Origin: Alphaproteobacteria bacterium
Lineage (GTDB): Bacteria > Pseudomonadota > Alphaproteobacteria > MPNO01 > UBA830
Direction of reading: 5' to 3'
Length of the DNA stretch: 64,000 nt
NCBI GenBank assembly: GCA_965243135.1
Contig: OZ251539.1
Location: forward strand, 3,712,001 to 3,776,000
The notes under the pieces were generated by a model that was not told where the DNA came from, did not search any database, and was given only the letters and a program-made list of their open reading frames with translations. Shown piece after piece: positions 42,260 to 52,284 of this stretch (the stretch's first letter is position 1; each line of letters opens with the position of its first letter). Made by a program: the position numbers and the translations under genes.

Positions 42260-43474
42260 TCAGCGCAGCCTGTCGCTCAGCTCACGGGGCAGGTATTCCG
42301 GCCGGAACCCGTTCCATCCCCTGTCGGGAGCCGCGCCGGCGTCCCGGATTTCGGCATGGAAGACCACGTCTCCGTCCGGCGAAACTTCCTTGAGCGCGAT
42401 GGAGCCGACGCCCTGGGGAGGAATTTCCACGCGCGCGCCGTCGGGCGCGTGGCACAATCCGGTGCAGGCGACGAACCGGTTGCCGTTGGGCGTCTCGCAG
42501 ACGCCGCCGACGTAATGCGAATAGGGAATGTCTCCGTAGCGCCACGTTTCGGTCGCCGTCATCGCCCGCTCGTCGACGGCGTAGGCGAGCGCGAAGCTCC
42601 GGCGCTCGGCAATCGGCCGTTCCGGGTCGGGCGGCGCCGCGCCGGCCGTGCCGTTGTCGAAGAGCATCAGGTCGCCGTTCTTCGCGAAGCTCGGATCGTG
42701 CTGGTGATAGAACGGCCGTCCGCCCTCGATTTTCAGCAGCTTCGCGGCCTGCGCCCCCCGCCAGCCGTTCGGGTCGCCCAGTATCCAGGCCAGTTCTCCG
42801 TTCCGGCGAATCTTGATCACGCAATCCTGATGGCGCAGGGAGACCAGAATGCCGCCGTCGGCCGGGTCGACGATCGCGCAGTTTCCGTGCGTCCAGTCGC
42901 GGGTCCCCGGCCAACCCTGGTTGGCCCAATAGGGCGCGTCCGATCCGTAGCCCATTCGCCGCGGATCGAGGATCCCCGCCAGGGAATACTCCCGTTCGAT
43001 GCGCCCGTCGCGGTCGAACAGGACGACGGTGTCGCCCATGAAGTGGGTCCACTCGCCGTCCGCGCGTTCCAGCGGAAGGCGTTCCACGGAGAGCGACAGA
43101 AGCAGTCCGGGTTCCGGTTCGGCGATCGTATGGTGCAGTTTCTCGGTCTCGACAGGGATGCCGTCCAGCCCGCCGGGAAATCTCGGAGCGCAGTACCACT
43201 GCCGGAGCAGCGTTCCGTCGAGGCCGATTTCCACGGCCCGGCCGTCGGTTCCCATCACCAGCAGCGTATCGCATGCCGAACGGCGGCAGTCCATGATGCA
43301 GAAATCGAACTCGCGCCGCCATACGATCTCGCCTTGGCGATCGATCGCGATGACGGCCTCGAATTCGCTGACCTTGCGAATGGCCCGCGTGGAGCGGCCG
43401 ACGGCGAGGAGGACGACGCCGTCGTCCCGGCGATCGGCTTTCAGCGCCTTGACGTCGAGTTTCGGCGGCTTCAT
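42260..43474 (-). CDS. Arylsulfate sulfotransferase (ASST)-like protein
   Basis: LHH, DWTHGN, SLRHQD, YHQH, LFDNG. Confidence 0.82.
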   Translation of the reverse strand: MKPPKLDVKALKADRRDDGVVLLAVGRSTRAIRKVSEFEAVIAIDRQGEIVWRREFDFCIMDCRRSACDTLLVMGTDGRAVEIGLDGTLLRQWYCAPRFPGGLDGIPVETEKLHHTIAEPEPGLLLSLSVERLPLERADGEWTHFMGDTVVLFDRDGRIEREYSLAGILDPRRMGYGSDAPYWANQGWPGTRDWTHGNCAIVDPADGGILVSLRHQDCVIKIRRNGELAWILGDPNGWRGAQAAKLLKIEGGRPFYHQHDPSFAKNGDLMLFDNGTAGAAPPDPERPIAERRSFALAYAVDERAMTATETWRYGDIPYSHYVGGVCETPNGNRFVACTGLCHAPDGARVEIPPQGVGSIALKEVSPDGDVVFHAEIRDAGAAPDRGWNGFRPEYLPRELSDRLR

Positions 43475-43491
43475 GCAGGTCGGCGGGCGCG

Positions 43492-44067
43492 TCAGTCGTT
43501 CAGGCTGGCGGTCATCCGCGCGATCCAGTCTTCGGGAGCACCGGTCGATACGAGTTCTTCCCGCGCCTGCGCCCGCGTCTGGAGAACGGATCCGATGACC
43601 TGCGGGCTGTCGCCCTCCGCATGCTGGCAGCAGGCTTCGAGCCTGATTCCGTTGGGGTCTAGGAAGTAGATCGAAACCAGTCCGGGCAGGATGTCGACCG
43701 GGCCGTCGTACTGGCGGCCAGCGGCGTCGAGACGCCGTCGCAACGCCTCCATCTGGCCGGGGGTCACGGCGAAGGCGCAGTGCTGCATGCCGCCGATGGC
43801 GTCCCGGTCGGATCGGGGCTTTTCGCCCTTCGGGATTTCGAAGAACGCCAGCAAGCTGTCGTTTCCCATGTCGAAAAAATAGTGCCTGATCTCTTCGTAG
43901 GGAGGATTGCCCCGGTTGCCCGGTCCGGCGCCGATTCCCGGCGGCACCTTCATCGCATGGACCAGCGGCATGCCGACGACGTCGACGTAGAACTCCGTCG
44001 TCGTCCGCATGTCTTCGGTCGTCAGCGCCAGATGGTGCACGCCTCGCGCGGGCAGCGTCGTCGCCAT
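43492..44067 (-). CDS. VOC/glyoxalase family protein
   Basis: GVHHLAL, QHCAF, SIYFLDPNGIRLE. Confidence 0.9.
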   Translation of the reverse strand: MATTLPARGVHHLALTTEDMRTTTEFYVDVVGMPLVHAMKVPPGIGAGPGNRGNPPYEEIRHYFFDMGNDSLLAFFEIPKGEKPRSDRDAIGGMQHCAFAVTPGQMEALRRRLDAAGRQYDGPVDILPGLVSIYFLDPNGIRLEACCQHAEGDSPQVIGSVLQTRAQAREELVSTGAPEDWIARMTASLND

Positions 44068-44266
44068 GGTCGCGCCTCCCTTCGGGTTCGCCGGTTCGAG
44101 TGTACCAGTCCGCGGCGACGCCGCAAGACGGCTGCGCTATTCCGTTTTGTCGGCGGCCGGTCGCGCGGCGCCTGGACAGGCCGAACGCGAGAGTTGCCGA
44201 CGGCGACCATTCGCGGAGGCGGTTCCGCTGTCCGAACGGGAACTTGTCCGCCTGCTGCTCCCGGCT

Positions 44267-45808
44267 TCAAGCGGTCTCGAACTCGAAGCCGACGATGTTG
44301 CGCTCTTCCCGGCCGAACTCCATGCCGATCAACCGGATCGGCACCCCCAGGTGCCGGTACTTGTCCGCGTAGCCGCGCTCCCGCATCTGCGCCAACGCCC
44401 GGCCTTCCTGTCCCCGGTCCACGACCTTGAACTCGTACAGATGCACGCATCCCGGACCCAGCACAGCCATGTCCAGTCGCCCGCGGGCGGTCGCTTCCTC
44501 GACCCGAACGTCCAGACCCGCCGCCGCGAAGTGCGAGTAGACGAGGGCCGCCCAATAGCCCTCGTAGAGGTCGTTCTTCCGGTGCCAGTCGTGAGGAACG
44601 CTCGCGAAGAACGCCTCGAACAGCGCCCTCACCTTTTCCGGATCGTCCTCCGCCGTCAGCCTGGCCAGTTCCGCCTGCCGCGTCGCCTCCTGCCCCGTCG
44701 CCGGCGCCATGGCGCGCAGCAGCCTCTTGTTCAGGCTGAGTTTCACCTCGTAGTTCGGGTAACCCAGCCGATAGAGGCTGCCGCCGTCTGCGGCCTCCTC
44801 GCCGACGATGGTCAGGTAGCCGGTCTGGAACAAAAGCGCTTCGGTCGAGATGTCGTCGACGTCGAAGGTCGACAGCAGTTCGTCGTCCGCGACAAGCCCC
44901 TCAAGGGCCGGAGGCGCAACCCGGCGCCGCGACAGAAGATCGACGAGAAAGCGCGGCGTCCCGGTCTCGAACCAGTGCGCCTTGAATTCGCGCGTTTCGA
45001 AAAGAAGCAGGATGTCGAATGGATTGTAGACCTTGTCCGCGCCGCGCCAGTTGTAGCCGTTGTACCAACGGCGGACCTTCTCCCGATCCAGGCCCTCGAG
45101 TTCCGGGGCGAAGACCGCGTCCAGGTCCGCGTCCGTGTAACCGCAAAGAGCGCCGAAACGCGGGTCGAGGGTGATGTCGCGCAGGTTGTTCAGGCCCGAG
45201 AAAATGCCCGCCTGCGAAAACTTGCTCACCCCCGTCAGGAAAACGAAACGGAGATGCTCGTCGCAGTCCTTGATCATCGCGTAGAAGCCGCGCAGGAAGT
45301 CCCGGTTGGCCATCGCCAGCTCCCGGTCTCCGAGCGCGTCCAGGATCGGCTTGTCGTATTCGTCCACCAGAACGACAGCCCGCCGCCCGGCGCGCTCGTG
45401 CAGCGTCCTTATCAGCCGCCGGAAACGGATCGACGCCTCGACAGGGTCCAGTTCGAGGCCGGCCAGCCGTTCCGTCTCCCCCAACTGGTCTTCCACATTT
45501 TTCCGAACGAAGTCCGGGGCGCCGAAATCGCCGCCGCCGAAGCTGATCCGCACGACCGGGTGGCGCGCCGACCAGTCCCACTTGCCGTGCACGGCGAGGC
45601 CCCGGAACAACTCCTCGCTTCCCTCGAACAGCTTTTGCAGCGTGTCCACCAGAAGGGTCTTGCCGAACCGGCGCGGACGCGACAGGAAATAGTGCTTGCC
45701 CCTCTCGACGAGGCGGCGCACATGGTCCGTCTTGTCGACGTAGTAGCAGTCCAGCTCCCGGATCTCCCGGAGGGAAGTCATGCCGGTCGGAAGCATGCGT
45801 CTCGTCAT
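44267..45808 (-). CDS. AAA-ATPase_like + PD-(D/E)XK_9 nuclease fusion
   Basis: YYVDKT, SRPRRFGKT, LVDEYD, GRLDM..EFK..ALAQMRERGYADKY. Confidence 0.88.
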   Translation of the reverse strand: MTRRMLPTGMTSLREIRELDCYYVDKTDHVRRLVERGKHYFLSRPRRFGKTLLVDTLQKLFEGSEELFRGLAVHGKWDWSARHPVVRISFGGGDFGAPDFVRKNVEDQLGETERLAGLELDPVEASIRFRRLIRTLHERAGRRAVVLVDEYDKPILDALGDRELAMANRDFLRGFYAMIKDCDEHLRFVFLTGVSKFSQAGIFSGLNNLRDITLDPRFGALCGYTDADLDAVFAPELEGLDREKVRRWYNGYNWRGADKVYNPFDILLLFETREFKAHWFETGTPRFLVDLLSRRRVAPPALEGLVADDELLSTFDVDDISTEALLFQTGYLTIVGEEAADGGSLYRLGYPNYEVKLSLNKRLLRAMAPATGQEATRQAELARLTAEDDPEKVRALFEAFFASVPHDWHRKNDLYEGYWAALVYSHFAAAGLDVRVEEATARGRLDMAVLGPGCVHLYEFKVVDRGQEGRALAQMRERGYADKYRHLGVPIRLIGMEFGREERNIVGFEFETA

Positions 45809-46100
45809 CCGAAGAGGGTAGGCCGCCATGCCGGATTCGTCAAGGAAGAAGCGGTTCGAGGCCGTCGCGCCATTGTTCGTCGGCTGCCGTCGGTCCGGGA
45901 TGGATTTTTCGACAACGGCTGCCTCGTCGCGGCGAATTCGCAGCTTTCCGCAGCCGAGTCGGGGCATGAAAATATCGTCCTCTGAAAAGCTGTTCGCATT
46001 TCAAGAGGTTACGAGCGGCGCGCGGGGATCGGATTGGCGGATGACGCAGCAAGCGACTTGGGGTTTAATCGGAGCGCGACCAAGCAAAAGAGGAATCGGC

Positions 46101-46724
46101 ATGATTTACGAAGTCAGAACCTACCGCCTGCAGCCGCGCGGCGTCCCGGAATTCATCGACACGTTCGGCAAGGCCTACGAGAAGCGCAAGAACCTGTCGA
46201 GGCTGGCGGCGTTCTTCCATACCGAAATCGGCACGCTCAACGAGGTCATCCATATCTGGCCGTACAAGGACGCCGGCGAGCGCGAGAGAAAACGCGCTCG
46301 CTCGGTAGAGGATCGCAAATACGCATGGCCGCCCAAGGTCGGTCATCTTCAGCAACACATGCAATCCGAGGTCTTCGTGCCCGCGCCCTTCACCCCGTCC
46401 TTTCCGCGCGGCGAAAAGGGCCCGATCTTCGAATGGCGCGAATACATGGTGATCCCCGGCATGATTCCCGAAGTCTACAAGAGCTGGGAGAAAGCGTTGC
46501 CCAAGCGGCTCGAGATGTCGGAACTGGTCATGGCGATGCACACCGACGCGGGCGCTTTGAACAAGTTCGTTCACATCTGGGCGTACGAGAGTCTGGATCA
46601 TCGCGCCGAGGTGCGCGGCGCGGCGGTCGCCGAAGGCATCTGGCCGCCCAAGAGCCGCGTCGAGACGCTGCAGACGCAGGCCAACAAGATCGTTCTCGCC
46701 GCGCCGTTCTCGCCGTTGAAATGA
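46101..46724 (+). CDS. NIPSNAP family protein (two domains)
   Basis: IYEVRTY, GTLNEVIHIW, PFSPLK. Confidence 0.88.
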   Translation: MIYEVRTYRLQPRGVPEFIDTFGKAYEKRKNLSRLAAFFHTEIGTLNEVIHIWPYKDAGERERKRARSVEDRKYAWPPKVGHLQQHMQSEVFVPAPFTPSFPRGEKGPIFEWREYMVIPGMIPEVYKSWEKALPKRLEMSELVMAMHTDAGALNKFVHIWAYESLDHRAEVRGAAVAEGIWPPKSRVETLQTQANKIVLAAPFSPLK

Positions 46725-46748
46725 CGCCGGCGGCGTCCGGGCGCCGGA

Positions 46749-47813
46749 TCAGGAGGAGGCGGCGCGCTCCGGAACCATTATCGAGCCGCGCATGATCATG
46801 CGCGCGGTGCGAACGACGCCGGCGGCCGCGATTTCCGATCCGTCGAGGGACAAGGTCAGGTGAAGCTGGCCCGCGGGATGTTCGATCGAGAACTTGCGTC
46901 CCGCCGGCCGCGCCAGCGGATGCGCCACCGTGCCCCCGGAAAGGCAGGCGTACGCAAGCGCGATTCCTCCGGTTATCGCGTGGGTTTCGTGCGTTCTGTC
47001 CGGCACGAAATACCGCGACGCCACGGCGCCGCCCTCGCGCGGCGGCGCGGCGGCGATGATTTTGGGCGCCACCTTGCCGGCCACGTCGCCGAGGCCCATC
47101 CGCCTTCCCGCCTCCCGGCGCATCGGCTCCACGCGATCGAAGAAGGCGGCGTCGGCGTCGTACTCGGCCGCCGTTTCGTAGCCGGTCTTGCCGAGATCGG
47201 ACGCGCGCGCGATCATGACCGGCATCGCGGCGTCCACGAGCGTGACCTCGATCCCGTCGATCCGTTCCGTGCGGGCCCCGCTCGGAAACAGCGCGCCGGT
47301 GCGCGATCCGACGACCTGCATGAAATTCAGCAAGACAGGCGCGCCGGTTCCGGGCACTCCGTCGATGGCGGCGTCTCCTTCGTATTCCACCCTCTTGCCT
47401 GGGGTGCGGACGATCGCCTCGACCAGCCCGCCGGTATTGACCTGGTGGATGCGCACCCGCGTCTCTCCGTCCTGCGCGGGGACCATGCCGGATTCGATCG
47501 CGTAAGGCCCGACTCCGGCCAGCATGTTGCCGCAGGTCGGACCGTAATCCACCTGCGGACGGTCGACCGCCACCTGCGCGAAGAAGTAATCCACGTCGCA
47601 GTCTTCGCGTTCCGAAGGCGAGACGATCGCCGTCTTGCTCGTTACCGACGTCGTGCCGCCGACGCCGTCGATCTGGCGCGGATCGGGAGAGCCGAAAGCC
47701 GCCAGCAGAATGCCGTCCCACGAGGCGCGATCCTCCGGCAGGTCCGCCCGGCTGAAAAAGAGGCCGCGGGAGGTGCCGCCCCGCATGAAGGCGGCCGGAA
47801 TTGAAGACAGCAT
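46749..47813 (-). CDS. PrpF-family isomerase (4-oxalomesaconate tautomerase-like)
   Basis: MRGGTSRG, QIDGVGG, CGNMLAGVG, EHPAG. Confidence 0.88.
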   Translation of the reverse strand: MLSSIPAAFMRGGTSRGLFFSRADLPEDRASWDGILLAAFGSPDPRQIDGVGGTTSVTSKTAIVSPSEREDCDVDYFFAQVAVDRPQVDYGPTCGNMLAGVGPYAIESGMVPAQDGETRVRIHQVNTGGLVEAIVRTPGKRVEYEGDAAIDGVPGTGAPVLLNFMQVVGSRTGALFPSGARTERIDGIEVTLVDAAMPVMIARASDLGKTGYETAAEYDADAAFFDRVEPMRREAGRRMGLGDVAGKVAPKIIAAAPPREGGAVASRYFVPDRTHETHAITGGIALAYACLSGGTVAHPLARPAGRKFSIEHPAGQLHLTLSLDGSEIAAAGVVRTARMIMRGSIMVPERAASS

Positions 47814-47932
47814 GATTATTTCGTCCCCGAGCGCGTTCCGGCATCGATAGCACGAATTGCGTCCGGGGCAACTGTCGCCAATCGTCCCGCGACCTGATAG
47901 ACATAAAGAGCGCAACGGAACGGGGCAGGCGA

Positions 47933-49423
47933 ATGAGCGCGGAAAGCTGGGACGTGATCGTGGTAGGCGGAGGCAACGCCGCGTTCTGCGCGGCGTTGGC
48001 GGCGCGGGAGCGGGGCGCGTCGGTCGTCATGCTCGAGGCCGCGCCGGAAGACGAGGCCGGCGGCAACAGCCGTTTCACGGCCGGCGCGATGCGCGTCGTC
48101 TACGACGGCGTCGAAGACATTCTCAAGCTGGTTCCCGACCTCTCGGACGCCGAAATCGAGACCACGGATTTCGGCACGTACACGCGCGATCAGTTTTTCG
48201 ACGACATGGCGCGCGTGACCCGCTACCGCGCCGACCCCGATCTCGTCGAGACGCTGGTCGCGAAGAGCCTCGACACCCTGATCTGGATGCGCGGCAAGGG
48301 CATTCGCTTCGTGCCGATCTACGGTCGCCAGGCGTTCAGGATAGACGGCAAGTTCAAGTTCTGGGGCGGCCTGACCATCGAGACCGTGGGCGGCGGTCCC
48401 GGACTCGTCGACATGTGGACCGGCATCGCACGGCGCGAGAATGTCGAGATACGCTACGAGCATCGGGCGGTCGAACTGATCCGCGACGACGGAGGCGTGG
48501 CCGGCGTAAGGGTTCGCCGCAACGACGAGACCCGCGACCTCATGGGCAAAGCGGTCGTTCTCGCCTGCGGCGGGTTCGAAGCCAACACGGCGTGGCGCAC
48601 CCGGTATCTGGGGCCCGGCTGGGATCTCGCGAAGGTGCGCGGAACCCGCTTCAATACCGGCGACGGCATCAGGATGGCGCTCGACATCGGCGCGAGCCCT
48701 TGCGGCAACTGGTCGGGCTGCCACGCGGTCGGCTGGGAAATGAACGCTCCGGAGTTCGGAGACCTTGCCGTCGGCGACCAGTTCCAGAAGCATTCATACC
48801 CGTTCGCGATCATGGTCAACGCCGCCGGGAAGCGTTTCGTCGACGAGGGCGCGGATTTCCGGAACTACACCTACGCCAGGTACGGACGGGTGATTCTCGA
48901 GCAGCCCGGTCAGTTCGCGTGGCAGATATTCGACCGCAAGGTCAAGCATCTGCAGCGGGACGAGTACAACATCCGTCAGATCACCAAGGTGACGGCGAAC
49001 ACGATCGAGGAACTTGCCGGGAAGCTGGAAGGCGTCGATGCGGAGGCTTTCGTGCGGGAGGTCGCCGAGTACAACGCTGCCGTCCGGGCGGACGTTCCGT
49101 TCAATCCGAACGTCAAGGACGGCCGCCGCACCGACGGCCTGGCGATCGACAAGACGAACTGGGCCAACGCGATCGACGAGCCTCCTTTCGAGGGGTACGC
49201 CGTCACGTGCGGCCTGACGTTCACGTTCGGCGGCCTCAGGATCGACGGAGAGGGCGAGGTGCTCGACACCGATTTCAAGCCGATTCGCGGGCTTTTCGCG
49301 GCCGGCGAACTGGTGGGCGGCCTGTTCTACTTCAACTATCCCGGCGGCACCGGACTCACGTCGGGTTCGGTCTTCGGACGGCAGGCCGGCGAATCCGCCG
49401 GTCGGCGGGCGGGCGGGGGCTGA
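47933..49423 (+). CDS. tcuA: FAD-dependent tricarballylate dehydrogenase TcuA-like
   Basis: GGGNAA, GGNSRFT, CGGFEAN, RFVDEG, TFTFGGL, NYPGGTGL. Confidence 0.82.
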   Translation: MSAESWDVIVVGGGNAAFCAALAARERGASVVMLEAAPEDEAGGNSRFTAGAMRVVYDGVEDILKLVPDLSDAEIETTDFGTYTRDQFFDDMARVTRYRADPDLVETLVAKSLDTLIWMRGKGIRFVPIYGRQAFRIDGKFKFWGGLTIETVGGGPGLVDMWTGIARRENVEIRYEHRAVELIRDDGGVAGVRVRRNDETRDLMGKAVVLACGGFEANTAWRTRYLGPGWDLAKVRGTRFNTGDGIRMALDIGASPCGNWSGCHAVGWEMNAPEFGDLAVGDQFQKHSYPFAIMVNAAGKRFVDEGADFRNYTYARYGRVILEQPGQFAWQIFDRKVKHLQRDEYNIRQITKVTANTIEELAGKLEGVDAEAFVREVAEYNAAVRADVPFNPNVKDGRRTDGLAIDKTNWANAIDEPPFEGYAVTCGLTFTFGGLRIDGEGEVLDTDFKPIRGLFAAGELVGGLFYFNYPGGTGLTSGSVFGRQAGESAGRRAGGG

Positions 49424-49446
49424 GGCGCACGGTCGGCAGGGGCATC

Positions 49447-49938
49447 ATGAAGCGTCTGTACCTGCTTCGGCATGCGAAGTCCTCATGGGACCAGCCGGAA
49501 CTGGACGATTTCGACCGGCCGCTCGCGCCCAGAGGCCTTCGCGCCGCGCCGCGAATGGGAGAATACATGCGGACCCGGCAGTACCGGCCGGCGATCGCCT
49601 TGTGCTCGCCCGCCCTGCGCGCGCGGCAGACGTGGAACTGCGTGCGCGACGCGCTGGATTGCCGGGTGACCGAGCGCATGCGTCCAGAGTTGTACGATGC
49701 CGAGCCGAATGCGCTGCTGGAAGCCGTCCGTTCGATCGACGGCGGCTACGACAGCGCCATCGTCGTCGCGCACAATCCGGGCATCCAGGGACTTGCGGCC
49801 GGTCTTGCAGGCGAGTGCACGGCTATCGATGCGTATCCTACGGCCGCCCTCGCCGTGTTCGATATCGGAAGCTGGGCGGATATTCTGCCGGGAGAAGGCG
49901 TTTTGCTGGAGTTCATCCGGCCGCGCGATCTTCAATAA
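49447..49938 (+). CDS. sixA: SixA-like histidine phosphatase
   Basis: LLRHAKSSW, DFDRPL, HNPG. Confidence 0.82.
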   Translation: MKRLYLLRHAKSSWDQPELDDFDRPLAPRGLRAAPRMGEYMRTRQYRPAIALCSPALRARQTWNCVRDALDCRVTERMRPELYDAEPNALLEAVRSIDGGYDSAIVVAHNPGIQGLAAGLAGECTAIDAYPTAALAVFDIGSWADILPGEGVLLEFIRPRDLQ

Positions 49939-50281
49939 CGCCCGCCGCCCCGCTTCTCGCGTCCGAAGATCTCGCTCCCGGGAATGCCGTGCATCGACAG
50001 GCGCAAACGGCGCCGCAAGGCGTTTTGACGGACTTTCGGAAGCGGACATGGTCGCGTTACGAGCATCATTGAAGCGGCGGCGAGGGAAACCGGGGGGCTT
50101 CGGAGCGACGGTGCCGCCGCCGCAGTTTGCGCGCTTCGTAGCGATGGCCGGAGATCGGCCGTTGCGTTTAAGCCGCGGCCCACTTCTCGTTTTCAGTCAG
50201 CGCGCGGGATTGTCCTGAAATCGAGTCGATAACGTCGTTTCAGGCGACGTACAGGTGCGCTTGTCCTGCGCTGCGCAAGTT

Positions 50282-51886
50282 TTACAGCGTCCAGACCGTC
50301 ACCCCGCGCCCGTCCTGCCGGCCCCCGCCCGCCTCGCCGCTCCGGCGCTCCTCCGCGGCGGCCCGGCGGTCGATCACCACCAAATGCCCTTCGTCCGCCC
50401 CGCACTTCGCCATGTAGCCCAGCGTCTGCTCAACCCCCCGCTCGACGGTCCGCTCCGGGCTCTTGCGGTCCGAATCCCGCAGCACCTTGCACTCGACCAC
50501 GAAACGCTCCCACAGGTCCGACGGCTGACCCGCCTCCCGCGGCCACAGCACCAGCAGGTCCGTCCGCCCCCGCCCGAGGCCGTACTCCCGCTCGATCCGC
50601 CCGCCGCCGTTCACCACCCGCTGCAGATACGCCTGCAGAATGAGCTGCGGCCCGGCCTCCGGGTACTCGCGGAAGCGCTCCAGCCAGTGCTCCGCGTGCT
50701 CGCCGAAGAACGCACGGAACGCCGTCAGCAGCTTCGTCATGTCCAGCCGGCCGGCCCCGCCCACGTACCACGCCAACTGCATGTCCAGGCTGCTTTGCAA
50801 GATGTAGCCAAGCTCGCGCGGCACCATCTCCGCATAGATCGGGTTCGCCATGCGCGGCGGCGAGTCCGGCGCGATCAAGCCCAGGTCGCGCGCGTACTCC
50901 AGGTCGCGGGCATGGTGCCGCGCCTCCCCGCCGCTCAGGATGGGCTCGACGACCCGCCGCACACGCTCCTCCTCCTCCAGCTTGTGCGACAGCTGGTCCA
51001 GATGCGTGCGCCGCGACAGGATCAGCTCCTCCCGCGCCGCGTAGACGTCGTCCAGTTCGATCGTCCGCGAGCGGTCCCGTCCGGCCTTGTCGTCGAAGCA
51101 CGCCCCCGCGCACAGCGCGTTCACCAGCCACGGCTGCCCCTGCGTCTGCGTCCACACCGCCTCCTGCGCCGCCTCCGAAAAGCGCTGGCCGGTCTCCTCC
51201 GTGTGCTGCGCCATCAGCGCGCGCGTCTCCGCCTCGGTGAAGTCGCCCAGGCGAACCGACTTCGCCGCGACGTTGAACGGGCTGCCGCCGGCGACGACCT
51301 CGCCGGCGCTCGACCGGATCCGGTAGTCGCGGATGTCGCGCAACCCGCACAGCACGACGCTCTGCGGAAAGCCCTCGGGACGATGTTCGTAGCCGGCGCG
51401 GAGCTGGCGCAGCACCGAGAGCAGGGTGTCGCCGACCAGCGAGTCGATCTCGTCCACCAGCAGCACCAGCGGCGTCGGGTTCGCCGCGCACCAGCGGGAG
51501 AGCAGCCCCTTCAGCGCGTTGTCCGGCCCCGCCTTCGCCAGAACGTCCGGCCAGACGCCGTCCGGGTAGTCGTCGCCCAGAAGCAGCGCGCTCTCCGCCA
51601 GGTTGCTCAGAACGGCGCGGATGCCGCGCGCGGTGTCGTCGCGAGCCACCTGCCCGACCTCGACGTTCACGTTCACGCAGCGGAAGTCGCCGGCCTCGCC
51701 GCTGTTGAGCAGGTCCCGCAGGGCGATCAGGGCGGAGGTCTTGCCCGTCTGGCGCGGCGCATGCAACGCGAAGTAGCGCTTGTTCCGGATCAGATCCAGC
51801 AGTTCCGCCAGGTCCATCCGCTCCAGCGGATGGATGGCGTAGTGGTCGTCCAGGCGCACCGGCCCCTCTGTATTGAAACGGCGCAT
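50282..51886 (-). CDS. AAA-like ATPase with C-terminal PD-(D/E)XK-type domain
   Basis: RFNTEGP, HAPRQTGKTS, LVDEID, REYGLGRGRTDL..VVECK. Confidence 0.85.
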   Translation of the reverse strand: MRRFNTEGPVRLDDHYAIHPLERMDLAELLDLIRNKRYFALHAPRQTGKTSALIALRDLLNSGEAGDFRCVNVNVEVGQVARDDTARGIRAVLSNLAESALLLGDDYPDGVWPDVLAKAGPDNALKGLLSRWCAANPTPLVLLVDEIDSLVGDTLLSVLRQLRAGYEHRPEGFPQSVVLCGLRDIRDYRIRSSAGEVVAGGSPFNVAAKSVRLGDFTEAETRALMAQHTEETGQRFSEAAQEAVWTQTQGQPWLVNALCAGACFDDKAGRDRSRTIELDDVYAAREELILSRRTHLDQLSHKLEEEERVRRVVEPILSGGEARHHARDLEYARDLGLIAPDSPPRMANPIYAEMVPRELGYILQSSLDMQLAWYVGGAGRLDMTKLLTAFRAFFGEHAEHWLERFREYPEAGPQLILQAYLQRVVNGGGRIEREYGLGRGRTDLLVLWPREAGQPSDLWERFVVECKVLRDSDRKSPERTVERGVEQTLGYMAKCGADEGHLVVIDRRAAAEERRSGEAGGGRQDGRGVTVWTL

Positions 51887-52243
51887 GGATCAATTATAGC
51901 GTTCGCCGCGTCCTGTCGCACCTGTCAAGGCTCGCCGCGCCAACGCGCCCGGAGAGGCGACCGACCGCGCTGAACCGGACGAACGCGCGAAAGAGCGCCG
52001 GCCGACGGCCGGCCGCCAAGCCCTCCGCCTCCCGGATCTCCTTCCAGAGGCAGCCCATTGAGCCTCAAAGGCGCAACTCACTTTCCTGTTTCCGGAACGG
52101 GCCGTCACGGAAGCAGCCCGAGCGGCCTCGCTTCTCGCGCTCCGTTTTGCGCGTCGTTTACGGCAATCCGGCGAGTTTTCGGGTCGCTGCACGGACTCCG
52201 GTTCGCTGCCGCTTGAGCTACGCGCCGAACGGGCGGGGCAACA

Positions 52244-52278
52244 AAATTATCGCGATAAAAAGCAAAAAATGATAAGTT
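52244..52278. promoter_or_regulatory. Putative AbiE autoregulatory operator
   Basis: Perfect palindrome TTATCGCGATAA (52247-52258) in an AT-rich leader. Confidence 0.45.
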
Positions 52279-52284
52279 ACCACG

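Noticed and set aside
49939-50281. ncRNA or small ORF in the sixA-AAA spacer
   Set aside because: No recognisable RNA motif, repeat or credible ORF.
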